Positions 8,001 through 8,696 of a DNA stretch of 8,696 nucleotides are shown here, one piece after another. The position numbers and the translations under genes are program-made. Position 1 is the first letter of the stretch. Every line of letters begins with the position of its first letter. This DNA comes from Octopus sinensis (taxonomy: Eukaryota): contig NW_021828223.1 of assembly GCF_006345805.1 (NCBI RefSeq), positions 1 through 8,696 on the forward strand, read 5' to 3'. The notes under the pieces are model-generated. The model did no database searches. It had not been told where the DNA came from and saw nothing but the letters and a program-made list of their open reading frames with translations.

Positions 8001-8490
8001 ATTGCTGAGCTAGGCTCTTCTGACATCAGGATTGCTTCTGCTTGATAGCGAAACTTTAGTCTTTGTTAGTGTCAAGATTTCTCCTAGTTCTGTAGCTCAC
8101 TAAAATCACCAAGAGAAAAGGGTCCAGGATGTCTCCCTGAACGATTCCTACGAACGCTGGAAACACTTTAGTGGGACCGTCTATGCTTTGCGTAACGTTT
8201 GATGATTTTCTTTTTTATAAATGACGTTGGTGGCTTTGACAGTTTATTTGGGATGCAATAGTCCCACAGGATGCGTAACATGAACCTTTTGTTGACACCA
8301 TCAAATGCCTTACTGATGATGTCTATGGCAGCGGAAACACGTGTCCACGACAGCCTTTTTCTCTCCAGAATAAAAGCCGGTATTTTTCCTTAATGGATTG
8401 TCAAATTTAGAAAATTCTTGATGTTATCTCCATTTCTAATACGGGGTTGATTTCAATCACCATTCTGGCAATTGTGACATCCTCTAGAGA
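8001..8490 (-). pseudogene. Decayed reverse transcriptase fragment of an RTE/RTE-X-clade non-LTR retrotransposon
   Basis: Minus-strand pieces in correct RT order: KFDNPLRKNTGF; KGCRGHVF; SKAFDGVNKRFMLRILWDYCIPNKL; SIDGPTKVFPAFVGIVQGDILDPFLLVILVSY. These match DFSKAFDS and GVLQGDTLAPFLF type motifs, with frameshifts and stops. The right boundary is approximate. Confidence 0.85.
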
Positions 8491-8566
8491 CAGAGATATT
8501 TTAAATAAATCATGAATTTATGTCGCATGGTATTTAATGTATCCGTACTTGACTGTATTGTTCATT

Positions 8567-8574
<8 letters not shown>

Positions 8575-8618
<44 letters not shown>

Positions 8619-8696
8619 TATATATATATATATATATATACTATATATAAGTATGTATGTATGTATGTAGGAATATATATACACATACATACATAT
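8575..8696. repeat. (TA)n / (TATG)n microsatellite
   Basis: Directly visible. Confidence 0.95.

Noticed and set aside
8313-8345. Plus-strand hammerhead-like CTGATGA...GAAACACGTGTC with palindromic stem III
   Set aside because: No stem I (GCCTTA vs CACGAC) and stem II is out of register. The bases are explained as antisense RT codons (GHVF...SKAFD).

Overview
AT-rich, gene-free eukaryotic intergenic or intronic DNA, very probably from an octopus (inferred from recalled cephalopod SINE families and dense TACA/CA/TA microsatellites). None of the supplied ORFs is a credible gene. The window holds two tRNA-derived SINE families (six insertions), a foldback element with a triplicated arm, and two decayed RTE-clade LINE fragments (RT domain; C2H2 zinc-finger 3' end). 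The most notable feature is a non-coding element at 4540-5265 built from a 362-nt highly structured monomer in an inverted plus partial-tandem arrangement. It carries a minimal type I hammerhead ribozyme (5011-5051) with a U3-A8 core variant and a palindromic stem III, at the tip of a ~45-bp rod. This looks like a retrozyme or non-autonomous Penelope-like element. It sits in a (TTTA)n tract and is bracketed by an inverted SINE pair.
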